A stretch of DNA of 64,000 bases from Malacoraja senta (taxonomy: Eukaryota): the NCBI GenBank assembly GCA_038087875.1, contig JAXLNO010000446.1, positions 62,001-126,000 on the forward strand, given 5' to 3'. The position numbers and the translations under genes are program-made. This document shows positions 25,587-38,200 of this stretch, one piece after another. Numbering within the stretch: position 1 is the first letter of the stretch; each line of letters opens with the position of its first letter. Below the pieces are notes generated by a model, which was not told the origin of the DNA, ran no database searches, and saw nothing but the letters and a program-made list of their open reading frames with translations.

Positions 25587-25850
25587 TGTGTCGGAAGGAA
25601 CTGCAGAGGCTGGTTAACACCGAAGATGGACACAAAGTGCTGGAGTAACTCAGCGGGTCAGGCAGCATCTGTGGAGAACATGGATAGGTGACGTTTCACA
25701 GAGTGCTGGAGTAACTCAGCGGGTCAGGCAGCATCTGTGGAGAACATGGATAGGTGACGTTTCACAGAGTGCTGGAGTAACTCAGCGGGTCAGGCAGCAT
25801 CTGTGGAGAACATGGATAGGTGTTGTTATGGGTCAAGACCCCTCTTCAGA
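25587..25850 (+). repeat. 66-bp tandem array (about 3 units) inside a Penelope-derived element
   Basis: Same 66-bp unit as at 15910-16316. Confidence 0.85.
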
Positions 25851-26334
25851 ATTCGAGTCAGGGGAGAGGGTTGCTCTTGGCATCATGTTGGGCACGGACA
25901 TTGTGGGCCGAAGGACCTGTTCCTGTGCTGTACTGTTCTATGTTGAATGGGATCATTCAACTTGACATGTAGTTTGGAACGATGCCTCAAGAAGAAGGAG
26001 TGCAGCATCAACGACACACAATCTATACTTCTAATTCTAAACACACAGATAAATAGACATGAATCATTGTTAATTAACTGGGGCCTGGTGTCCATGCTCT
26101 CCATTGTGCTGAGTTACTCCAGCTTTTTGTGTCTGCCTTCTGCCCCTGTAAATGTCCCATAGAGTATTTGATGATATTAAGGATATGGTAGCATGGGGGT
26201 AGCATAGATAGGAAATATAGTCAGAATCTGTCTCTCATGGTGGTGGGGGTGGGGGGGGGGGGATCATAAACAATAGGTTCAAGATGGGAGGAAGAAGATT
26301 GAAGGTGATTTGAGGGAAAGTATTTTTACAGAGA

Positions 26335-26766
26335 GCGCGGTTAAAATCCCGTGAGAGCTTCCTAACCAGTGTCACCCCATTGGAAACGACACCAACTGAA
26401 GCTGGCCCCCAGATGTGGAAGAACACACTAGCCACTGTCCCTATTTCCACCAACATGGGCACACACCAGCAGCAGAGCACTTACCACCAGCTGCTGATGT
26501 ACACCGGCTGAACTGGAGATGTCTCAACCGACTGCTAACCGGGGTCGGGCAGTCAAGGGCGACAATGCACAAGTGGGGCTACATGGAGGGTACAACAACC
26601 TGGTACTGTGGCACACAGACCCAGACAATGCAACACCTACTGCAATGCCCATTGCTGGATAATCCATGTACTACTGCAGACCTTACACTTAACACTACAA
26701 CAGCTCAACGATGTGTACAGCAGTGGTGAGCCACTATATAGCACAAGGACACGAAAGAAGAAGAAG
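26335..26766 (+). mobile_element. Vingi/Ingi-clade LINE 3' fragment
   Basis: RLKSRESFL, then WRCLNRLLTGVGQSRATMHKWG..CG..QTMQHLLQCP (degenerate CCHC finger); ends GACACGAAAGAAGAAGAAG; inserted in a CR1. Confidence 0.7.
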
Positions 26767-27037
26767 TGGTTGATACTAGAACAGCCGCCAGAAGAGGTGG
26801 TGGAGTCTGATCCAAGCACTGCGTTTAAGAGACATTCAGACAGCTACTTTAATAGGCAGGCAAATGGGATTGGTGTAGAAGAGCCAAACATCGGTGTGGG
26901 CGATGGGCTGAAGGGACCATGTCTGTGCGTCTCTCTGTTCATCTGAAAACCCTGAGCCTCCAGGTTCAGGAACAGCTTCTTCCCAACAAGCATCAGACTA
27001 TTGAACACTGCAAACTCCGACTAAACCAATTTACTAA

Positions 27038-27860
<823 letters not shown>

Positions 27861-28744
27861 TTACTGTCAGTTGCACTAGAGACTGGGTTTTTGGTGTTTT
27901 GCACTAATATTGTGTTTTATTATTTAAGGAATGTTTTTGTTTGTTTATTAATGATGTTATCTATAAGTACCATGTTTACAGATCTGAGATGCTGCCTGTC
28001 CCGCTGAGTTACTGCAGCATTTTGCTTCTATGTTTACAAATCTGTTGTGCTGCTGCAAGTAGCCAAGTCATTGTGTACTTATTAAATGGAGATTGACAGA
28101 TTGTTGATTAGTGCGGGTGTCAGGGGTTATGGGGAGAAGGCAGGAGAGGGAAAGATAGATCAGCCATGATTGAATGTCGGAGTAGACTTGATGGGTCGAA
28201 TGGCCTAATTCTGCTCCTACTGTCTGCCTTATGGACTAAGCAAGAATTTAGTTGTTCCATTTTGGACATCTAATAATGAAACTCTCTTGATATCTTTCAA
28301 TATGGTTTAATGTTCCACAGTGATCTCTTCCTTCTGCCACGTTTGGATTTGGATTTCAGTCTTTAAAGGACACATAGTTGTTAAACTATTTGTTATAAAC
28401 TAATATTTGTTGGAAACTAGATGTTTGCTGTTGCTTCTCCCCTGGCCAGCTTTCTCGTGAGCTGTGATCTATCATTGCCAATTTGTACCTCAACCCTTGG
28501 TAGTTTGCTCGGAGCTGAATGTTGATCCGTTAAGGAATGTGTGCTTGTTGTAAACGGCATCGTTTCCTTCAGTGTTAACCATTGGTTCTCTGCTGTTAAA
28601 CTTTTAGTGAGATTTTCCAGTTTGTTGTAACTAAACCAAACTTCATCAGTGTGCTTGGTCCAATAGTTAGTCTGGTTAAGAGAAGGAAACCATTTCAGGC
28701 AAATGCTTCTGGAAAGGGTAAAGTAGAGAAAGTTTGGGAATGGC

Positions 28745-29275
28745 GTGTGTGTTTTGTGTGCATGTGTGTGAGTGTGTTTTGTGTGCGTGTGTGTGTGTTG
28801 TGTGCATGTGTGTGTGTGTTTTGTGTGCATGTGTGTGTGTGTGTTTTGTGTGCATGTGTGTGTGTGTGTTTTGTGTGTGTGTGTTTTGTGTGTGTGTGTG
28901 TTTTGTGTGCATGTGCGTGAGTGTTTTGTGTGCATGTGTGTGTGTGTTTTGTGTGCATGTGTGTGTGTGTGTTTTGTGTGTGTGTGTTTTGTGTGTGTGT
29001 GTGTGTTTTGTGTGCATGTGCATGAGTGTTTTGTGTGCATGTGTGTGTGTGTTTTGTGTGCATGTGCGTGAGTGTTTTGTGTGCATGTGTGTGTGTGTGT
29101 GCATGTGTGTGCATGTGTGTGTGCATGTGTGTGCATGTGTGTGCGTGTGTGCGTTTTGTGTGTGTGAGTGTGTTTTGTGTGCTTATCATCTGTGCATATG
29201 TTTGTGTGTGTTTGTATGTGTGTGTGTCTCTCACTATGTGTGTTGTCTGTGCATGTGTGTGTCTGTATGTGTGCA
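28745..29275. repeat. Compound TG-rich micro/minisatellite
   Basis: (TG)n interspersed with TTTTGTGTGCATG. Confidence 0.95.
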
Positions 29276-29495
29276 TACAGTGGCTTGCAAAGGTTTTCAT
29301 ACCCCTTGAACTTTTCCACATTTTGTCACGTTACAACCACAAACGTAAATGTATTTTATTGGGATTTTATGTGATAGACCAACACAAAGTGGTGCATAAT
29401 TGTGAAGTGGAAGGAAAATGATACATGGTTTTCAAATTTTTTTACAAATAAAAAACTGAAAAGTGTGGCGTGCAAAAGTATTCAGCCCCCCTGAG

Positions 29496-30155
29496 TCAAT
29501 ACTTTGTAGAACCACCTTTCGCTGCAATTACAGATGCAAGTCTTTTGGGGTATGTCTCTACCAGCTTTGCACATCTAGAGACTGAAATGTTTGCCCATTC
29601 TTCTTTGCAAAATAGCTCAAGCTCAGTCAGATTGGATGGAGAGCGTCTGTGAACAGCAATTTTCAAGTCTTGCCAGAGATTCTCAATTGGATTTAGGTCT
29701 GGACTTTGACTGGGCCATTCTAACACATGAATATGCTTTGATCTAAACCATTCCATTGTAGCTCTGGCTGTATGTTTAGGGTCGTTGTCCTGCTGGAAGG
29801 TGAACCTCCGCCCCAGTCTCAAGTCTTTTGCAGACTCTAACAGGTTTTCTTCCAAGATTGCCCTGTATTTGGCTCCATCCATCTTCCCATCAACTCTGAC
29901 CAGCTTCCCTGTCCCTGCTGAAGAAAAGCATCCCCACAGCATGATGCTGCCACCACCATGTTTCACAGTGGGGATGGTGTGTTCAGGGTGATGTGCAGTG
30001 TTAGGTTTCCGCCACACATAGCGTTTTGCATTTAGGCCAAAAACTTCAATTTTGGTCTCATCTGACCAGAGCACCTTCCTCCACATGTTTGCTGTGTCCC
30101 CCACATGGCTTGTGGCAAACTGCAAACGGGACTTCTTATGGCTTTTTTTCAACAA
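29496..30155 (-). pseudogene. Tc1 transposase catalytic half (DD34E), lacking the N-terminus
   Basis: WSDETK, FQQDNDPKH and SPDLNPIENLW, with 34 residues between the second D and E; ends AKGGSTKY. Confidence 0.93.
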
Positions 30156-30162
30156 TGGCTTT

Positions 30163-30912
30163 GTAGGTGGCGCGGCCCACGTCGCAGCGGCCTCTGCAGT
30201 CCGTCTGTCTTTTTTTATTTTTTTGTCTCGTTTGAGTGTAGTGTGTAGTGTATAGTGTTTTTTTTAAACTGGGTATGTGTGGGGGGTGGGTGGGGAAACT
30301 TTTAAAATCTTTTCCCTGTATGGAGGACCCGACCTTTCTCTGTCGGGTCTCCGTTGTCGTTGGGGCCTATCACCGTGGAGAGGCCTCCAACCGGAACGAC
30401 CTGGGGCTCCAGTCGCGGAGCCTGTGGACTACTCACCATCGCGGAGCCGGCCGGCTTCGGAGCGTGGAGAGCTGTGGTGGCGCGCGGCTGTGGCCCGACC
30501 CCGGAGATTCGGAGGCTCCAGCCGCAGGTCTGGTGGACGGTGACATCGGGAGCTCGCGGGTCCCTGGTGGGAGACCGCTTTTCGGGGCTCCTGCAACGGC
30601 AACTTCTCCCGCCCGAGTTGCGGGGTTGAAGATGACCTGGAGCGGGGTCTTACATCGCCCGGCGCGGCTTTATTGGCCGCGGGACTTGCTAGCGCCCGCC
30701 GGGGGCTCCAACATCAAGACCCGGAGCGCGGCCTTGCATGGCCCGGCGCAGCCTTAATGGCCGCGGGACTTACTTACCATCGCCCGCCGGGGGCTTTGAC
30801 TTTGACATCGGGAGGAGAATGGGGAGTGCAGGGGAGAGACAAGACTTTGCCTTCCATCACAGTGAGGAGGAGATTCACTGTGATGGATGTTTGTGTAAAT
30901 TGTGTTGTGTCT
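30163..30912 (+). mobile_element. GC/CpG-rich non-coding retroposon-like insert, 3' truncated
   Basis: Same layout and subterminal hairpin as 33710-34395 and 49248-49436. Confidence 0.55.
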
Positions 30913-32439
30913 TGAGCTATTTTGCAAAGAAGAATGGGCAAAAATTTCAGTCTCTAGATGTGCAAAGCTGGTAGAGACATACATACCCCAAAAGACTTGC
31001 AGCTGTAATTGCAGCGAAAGGTGGTTCTACAAAGTATTGACTCAGGGGGGCTGAATACTTTTGCACGTGACACTTTTCAGTTTTTTATTTGTAAAAAAAT
31101 TTGAAAACCATGTATCATTTTCCTTCCACTTCACAATTATGCACCACTTTGTGTTGGTCTATCACATAAAATCCCAATAAAATACATTTACGTTTGTGGT
31201 TGTAACGTGACAAAATGTGGAAAAGTTCAAGTGGTAAGAATACTTTTGCAAGCCACTGTATGTGTCTGTGCCTGTCAGTGTGCTTGTGTATATGCCTGTG
31301 TGTGGGTCTGTGTGCCTGTGTGGGCATGAGCATGTGCCGGTGCTAATGTGGATGCATGTACGTGTGTGTCTTTAAGAGCCATCAGGCTCCTGAATGATGT
31401 ACTGGAGGTAGAAGCTGCCACCTATGATGGAACAAAGGTCCACGTTGATCTCTCATTGGTCAAGCGGCTCAAACTGGTCATCCTTGTTGAAGGGTGTCAG
31501 GGGTTATGGGGAGAATGGGGTTGAGAGTGAAAGATAGATCAGCCATGATTGAAATGGCTGATGAGACTTGGGGCCAAATGGCCTAATTCTGCTCCAATCA
31601 CATGAACTCATGAGCTTCCATCAGTGGTTTTGCTTCTGGACATTGAGTAACGCAGCGCATTCTCATGCCTTTGCTTTAGTTATGTGTCCTATTCAACCTC
31701 AGCTTCATCCTCCGCAGATTTTGTTTTCCCACAGGACCGACGAGGAAGGTAAGAGAAGCCGGAGAAAAGAAGGGAAATTCTGGCAGAGCTGCCAGGACGC
31801 TCCGAGCCTGACACACAACATCTGCTGGAAACTGTGGGAAGCCATAAGGAGCCAACGTGGGAAAAATATATAATTCTGGAAATTAACCCGGGTATCGCAG
31901 GGGAGATGAAAATAGAAAGGGCAGGCATGAACTGAGATAAATATGAGGAAGAGTCTATTTACGTTGACCATATTACTTGGGGGTGATGTCTTCCACCCTT
32001 GTTACTATCTGGTTACTAATTATAAACACACTTGGTTCTATATCCAGCATGAGAGTGCAGTGTAACAGGATATCTCATACCAAGAGTGCAAACGGCCTCC
32101 AGATTGCAGCACTTCAGTGGAACGACAATTTAACCTAAAACTTCAAAAAACACCCCAAATATCCTGAGATACATGACACAGTGTTATTCTTTCTGTCTCC
32201 ATCACTGTATTTTTAAGCTTGAATATTTCATTTGGAATTTGAATAAGAAAGCTTATATTTGAAATGATAACAGATTAACAAATTTAGAGCTGCTGCCTGA
32301 CAGCACCAGAGACCCGGCTTCAATCCTGACCTCAGGTGCTGTCCGTGTGGAGTTTGCACGTTCTCCCTGCGACCGCATGGGTTTCCTTTCAGGCACTCCG
32401 GATTTCTCCCACATCCCAAAGACGTGCAGGTTTGTAGGA

Positions 32440-32580
32440 CTTCTTCTTCTTGCGTATGGCGTGCACAGCCTCAAGTTGTAGGACAACTTGTTCTATTTGA
32501 TCTTATTTGTTTGTGCACGCCGGGTTGATTGCATTCGTTGAAACAGGGCGGACCAGGTGAAGGTTGCAATCTCCCACCCC
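32440..32580 (-). mobile_element. 141-bp non-autonomous retroposon with ribozyme head and (GAA)n tail; putative Vingi-dependent SINE
   Basis: Degenerate TSD CAGGTTTGTAGG (32427-32438) / CAGGGTTGAGGG (32581-32592); tail ACGCAAGAAGAAGAAG; no Pol III A/B boxes seen. Confidence 0.75.
32527..32580 (-). ncRNA. Minimal HDV-like self-cleaving ribozyme (predicted), 54 nt
   Basis: P1 GGGGUGG/CCGCCCU with a G1.U wobble; P2 GAUUGCA/UGCAAUC; P3 ACC/GGU; 7-nt L3 UUCACCU; J4/2 CGAA; no real P4. Confidence 0.75.
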
Positions 32581-33061
32581 CAGGGTTGAGGGTTAATTGG
32601 CCCTCTGCAAATTGCCCCCTTGTGTCTAGGGAGTGGATGGGAAAGTGGGATAACGTGGAACTAGTGTGGAACTAGTGATCGATAGTCGGCACGGACTCCG
32701 TGGACCTAAACATGTGTTTCCATGCTGCATCTCTAAACTAAATTAAACAAACGTGGGCAATAAGGGTAAATTGCAGCTTATGTTGAGGGAAATAAAATTG
32801 CTTTCACACATTTAATTATAATTTATTCAAATTGATGGTTTAATTAAAGATACATCTTTTTAGACATAGCACAAGAAAATGCTCATTATTTGCAAAAGAC
32901 TCAACATATATTACAGAGAGTCGAGTACAATAACTTTTCTGTGGAGATTGTCTGAGGCAAGATATTTGTGTCAGATCCAAGTCAGCATTAGAATATAGAA
33001 CATGGAACACAGAACAGTCCAGCACAGGAACAGGCCCTTCGGCCCACAATGTCCGTGCCCA

Positions 33062-33515
33062 ATATGAGCAAAAGACTACAAACAGTTGTGACTACTGCCC
33101 AGTCCATCACCGACTTTGACCTCCCCACCGTCGAAGGGATCTGTCGTAGTCGCTGCCTCAAAAAGGTAGCCAACATCATCAAGGACCCACACCATCCTGG
33201 CCACACACTCATCTCACCACTGCCATCAGAAAGAAGGTACAGGAGCCTGAAAACTGTAACATCCAGGTTCAGGAACAGCCACTTCCCCACAGCCATCAGG
33301 CTATTAAACACAACATCAAATAAGGTCTGAGCTCTGAACTGCAAAAGACTATTATTATTTGCTATTTGCACTATATTTGTTATTTATTGAACTTTTTCAT
33401 TTTTTTCTCTTCCCCCGTTATATACAATGTTTACATATTCACATATTGTGTTGTGCTGCAGCAAGTAAGAATTTCATTGTCCCGTCCGGGACATATGACA
33501 ACTATAACACTCTTG
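33062..33515 (+). mobile_element. Rex1-like LINE 3' fragment
   Basis: RLQTVVTTAQSITDFDLPTVEGI..DPHHPGHTLISPLPSERRYRSLK..RFRNSHFP, plus 3' UTR. Confidence 0.75.
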
Positions 33516-33709
33516 ATGCCAAGTCCCCACTAGCAAGTTCCTGGCCCCCACCACCCTCTGTGTATAAAATGTGCCCGCAGATCTCCTTTACACTCAGGCT
33601 CTCTCACCTACGCCCTCTAATATTTGATATTCCCATCCTGGAAAAAAATATTCTGACTGTCTATCTTATCTATGTCTCTCATGATTTTATATACTTCTAT
33701 TATGATTAT

Positions 33710-34395
33710 CACCAGGGGGCGTCGCAAGATGGCAGCCTCGCCAACAGTCTGTCTGTTTTTTTGTCTTTCTTTGTTATGTTTAGTGGGTTTTAAAAGTTTG
33801 TGTTAATGTTCTCTGGTTTGTTTTATGTGGGGGAGAGAACCTTTTTTCAATCTCTTACCTTGCCAGAGATGCGATTGTTTTCCGGATCGTATCTCCGGTC
33901 GCTCTGCGGTCTAACATCATGGAGCTGGCGGCCTTGCTCGAGACTGACTTTGAACTGCACCATGGGACCGTGGACTTAGCATCAGAGCCTGCGATCCCTA
34001 CCTGGGATCGACGCTCCAACCGCGGCCTGCGAATTTCACCATCGAGGAGCTTCGGGTAGAGACCGATTTCGGGAAGCTCCAATGACGCAGAAGGTTCGAC
34101 CAGCCCCGATCGCCCGGCACGGGGGAGCCCAACCACCGGCTACAGGAGCCAAGATCGCCCGACAACGGAAGGCTCGAGGCCCCCGACCGCAGGAGAACAA
34201 AGAAGGGAAGAGATTGAACTTTTTTTTTGCCTTACATCACAGTGAGGAATGTGGAGGAGTCACTGTGGTGGATGTTTATGTTAAAATGTATTTTGTGTGT
34301 TCTGTTGCTTTTTATTGGTATGACTGTACGGCAAATCAAATTCCTCGTATGTTGCAAAACATACTTGTCTAATAAAGTATGATGATGATTATGAT
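33710..34395 (+). mobile_element. GC-rich non-coding retroposon of about 680 bp
   Basis: 5' CAAGATGGC (YY1-type motif), GC-rich body, hairpin at 34235-34270, AATAAAG plus (GAT)n tail; ATTATGAT occurs on both flanks. Confidence 0.6.
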
Positions 34396-34656
34396 GTCTT
34401 CATAAAACCTCTGGTGTTCTAAAGAAAACAATCCAAGTCTGTCCAACCTCTCCCTCTAGCTAACACCCTCTAATCCAAGCACCAATCTGGTGAACCTCTG
34501 CACCAGCTCACACATCCTGTAATGGGGTGACCAGAACTGCACGCAATACCCCAAATGTAACCTCATCACAATCTTACAGAGCTGCAGCATAACTTCATGA
34601 CTCTTCTACTCAATGCCCCGAACTGAAAGCAGGCATACCATATATACCATGAATCC

Positions 34657-34897
34657 CAGCGGGTCAGGCAGCATCTGTGGAGAACATGGATAGGTGACGT
34701 TTCACAGAGTGCTGGAGTAACTCAGTGGGTCAGGCAGCATCTGTGGAGAACATGGATAGGTGACGTTTCACAGAGTGCTGGAGTAACTCAGCGGGTCAGG
34801 CAGCATCTGTGGAGAACATGGATAGGTGACGTTTCACAGAGTGCTGGAGTAACTCAGCGGGTCAGGCAGCATCTGTGGAGAACATGGACAGGTGACA
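34657..34897 (+). repeat. 66-bp tandem array (about 3.6 units)
   Basis: Same 66-bp unit as at 15910-16316. Confidence 0.88.
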
Positions 34898-35244
34898 TGG
34901 AGAGAGAGAACATGGTTTAGGGTCAGCATCCTTCTTCAGTCTGATTGTAATAGATGGGATGAATGCACAAGAATCTTTGACCCAGATTAGGAGCATCATG
35001 AACCAGAGGACATAGGTTTACGGTGAGATGGGAAAGATTCTGACTGGCATCTTTTTCACTCAGGGGTGGTGGGTATCGGGAACGAGTTGCCAGAGGAGAT
35101 AATTGAGGCAGGTACAAAACAACATTTTAAAGACATTTAGACAGGAACATGGAGAGGAAAGGGTTAGAGGGATAAGGACTAAATGTTGGTCGGTGGGACT
35201 AGTGTAGACGGAACATCTTTGTCCCCGTTTCCATGCTCTATAAT

Positions 35245-38200
35245 GGATGGGGGGAGGGACTCAAATAGAGAATGCTATTAGACAGTGTGTGAGGCAGGAG
35301 GCAGAGAAGGAAAGCACTCAGACCCAACATGTAGGGGGGAAAGAAGAAAACAATAATAAACAGAGAATAAGAGGTGGTGAGGTTCTTAAATGGGTGAGCA
35401 GAGAAACAGAGGGGTGTAAAATGCGGGCGGAAGCAATAGGTAGCAAGGTGAAAGGTAAAAGTGGCAGGCAGACAAATCCAGGGCAAAAATCAAAAAGAGC
35501 CACTTTTCAACATAATTGTATAAGGGGTAAGAGCGTTGTAAAAACAAGCCTGAAGGCTTTGTGTCTCAATGCAAGGAGCATTCGTAATAAGGTGGATGAG
35601 TTGAACGTGCAGATAGCAATTAATGATTATGATATAGTTGGGATCACGGAGACATGGCTCCAAGGTGACCAAGGCTGGGAGCTGAACATCCAGGGATATT
35701 CAATATTCAGGAGGGATAGAGAGAAAGGAAAAGGAGGTGGGGTAGCGTTGCTGGTTAGAGAGGAGATTAACGCAGTGGAAAGGAAGGACATTAGCTTGGA
35801 GGATGTGGAATCGGTATGGGTAGAGCTGCGAAACACTAAGGGGCAGAAAACGCTGGTGGGTGTTGTGTACAGGCCACCTAGCAGTAGTAGTGAAGTTGGG
35901 GATGGCATCAAACAGGAAATTAGAAATGCGTGCAACAAAGGCAAAACAGTTATAATGGGTGACTTCAATCTACATATAGATTGGGTGAATCAAATTGGCA
36001 GCGGTGCTGAGGAAGAGGATTTCTTGGAATGTATGAGGGATAGTTATCTAAACCAACATGTAGAGGAACCAACGAGAGAGCAGGCTATTCTAGACTGGGT
36101 ATTGAGTAATGAGGAAGGGTTAGTTAGCAGACTTGTTGTGCGTGCCCCCTTGGGCAAGAGTGATCATAATATGGTTGAGTTCTTCATTAGGATGGAGAGT
36201 GACATTGTTAATTCAGAAACAACGGTTCTGAACTTAAAGAAAGGTAACTTTGAGGGTATGAGACGTGAATTGGCCAAGATTGACTGGCAATTAGTTCTAA
36301 AAGGGTTGACGGTGGATATGCAATGGAAGGCATTTAAAGACTGCATGGATGAACTACAAAAATTGTTCATCCCAGTTTGGCAAAAGAATAAATCAAGGAA
36401 GGTAGTGCATCCGTGGATAACAAGGGAAATCAGGGATAGTATCAAAGCAAAAGATGTTGCGTACAAATTAGCCAGAAAAAGCAGCATACCAGAGGACTGG
36501 GAGAAATTCAGAGACCAGCAGAGGAGGACAAAGGGCTTAATTAGGAAAGGGAAAATAGATTATGAAAGGAAACTGGCAGGGAACATAAAAACTGACTGCA
36601 AAAGTTTTTATAGATATGTGAAGAGAAAGAGATTAGTTAAATCAAATGTAGGTCCCTTGCAGTCAGAAACAGGTGAATTGATCATGGGGAACAAGGATAT
36701 GGCAGACCAATTGAATAACTACTTTGGTTCCGTCTTCACTAAGGAAGACATAAATAATCTGCCGGAAATAGCAGGGGGCCGCGGGTCAAAGGAGATGGAG
36801 GAACTGAGTGAAATCCAGGTTAGTCGGGAAGTGGTGTTGGGTAAATTGAATGGATTAAAGGCCGATAAATCACCAGGGCCAGATAGGCTGCATCCCAGAG
36901 TACTTAAGGAAGTAGCTCCAGAAATAGTGGATGCATTAGTGATAATTTTTCAAAACTCTTTAGATTCTGGAGTAGTTCCTGAGGATTGGAGGGTAGCAAA
37001 CGTAACCCCACTTTTTAAGAAGGGAGGGAGAGAGAAAACGGGGAATTACAGACCAGTTAGTCTAACATCGGTAGTGGGGAAACTGCTAGAGTCACTTATT
37101 AAAGATGGGATAGCAGCACATTTGGAAAGTGGTGAAATCATTGGACAAAGTCAGCATGGATTTACGAAAGGTAAATCGTGTCTGACGAATCTTATAGAAT
37201 TTTTCGAGGATGTAACTAGTAGAGTGGATAGGGGAGAACCAGTGGATGTGTTGTATCTGGACTTTCAGAAGGCTTTCGACAAGGTACCACATAAGAGATT
37301 AGGATACAAACTTAAATCACACGGTATTGGGGGTTCAGTATTGATGTGGATAGAGAACTGGCTGGCAAACAGGAAGCAAAGAGTAGGAGTAAACGGGTCC
37401 TTTTCACAATGGCAGGCAGTGACTAGTGGGGTACCGCAAGGCTCAGTGCTGGGACCCCAGCTATTTACAATTTATATTAATGATCTGGACGAGGGAATTG
37501 AAAGCAACATCTCCAAGTTTGCGGATGACACTAAGCTGGGGGGCAGTGTTAGCTGTGAGGAGGATGCTAGGAGACTGCAAGGTGACTTGGATAGGCTGGG
37601 TGAGTGGGCAAATGTTTGGCAGATGCAGTATAATGTGGATAAATGTGAGGTTATCCACTTTGGTAGCAAAAACGGGAAGGCAGACTATTATCTAAATGGT
37701 GGCCGATTAGGAAATGGGGAGATGCAGCGAGACCTGGGTGTCATGGTACACCAGTCATTGAAAGTAGGCATGCAGGTGCAGCAGGCAGTGAAGAAAGCGA
37801 ATGGTATGTTGGCCTTCATAGCAAGAGGATTTGAGTATAGGAGCAGGGAGGTTCTACTGCAGTTGTACAGGGTCTTGGTGAGACCACACCTGGAGTATTG
37901 CGTACAGTTTTGGTCTCCAAATCTGAGGAAGGACATTATAGCCATAGAGGGAGTGCAGAGAAGGTTCACCAGACTGATTCCTGGGATGTCAGGACTTTCA
38001 TATGAAGAAAGACTGGATAGACTTGGCTTATACTCGCTAGAATTTAGGAGATTGAGAGGGGATCTTATAGAAACGTACAAAATTCTTATGGGGTTGGACA
38101 GGCTAGATGCAGGAAGATTGTTCCCGATGTTGGGGAAGTCCAGGACAAGGGGTCACAGCTTAAGGATAAGGGGGAAATCCTTTAAGACCGAGATGAGGAA

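Larger units (their letters stand above)
29278..31258 (-). mobile_element. Tc1-like (IR/DR type) transposon, rearranged and non-autonomous
   Basis: TA|CAGTGGCTTGCAAA ... TTTGCAAGCCACTG|TA; TIRs of about 210 bp with an inner direct repeat TGCAAAAGTATTCA. Confidence 0.92.
32287..32745 (+). mobile_element. HE1-like SINE interrupted at 32440-32580
   Basis: Central domain GGTGCTGTCCGTGTGGAGTTTGCACG and tail CATCTCTAAACTAAA. Confidence 0.75.

Noticed and set aside
28417..29421. Long His/Thr-rich and Cys/Val-rich ORFs (also at 27559-28007 and 48592-49240)
   Set aside because: They are translations of (CA)/(TG) microsatellites.
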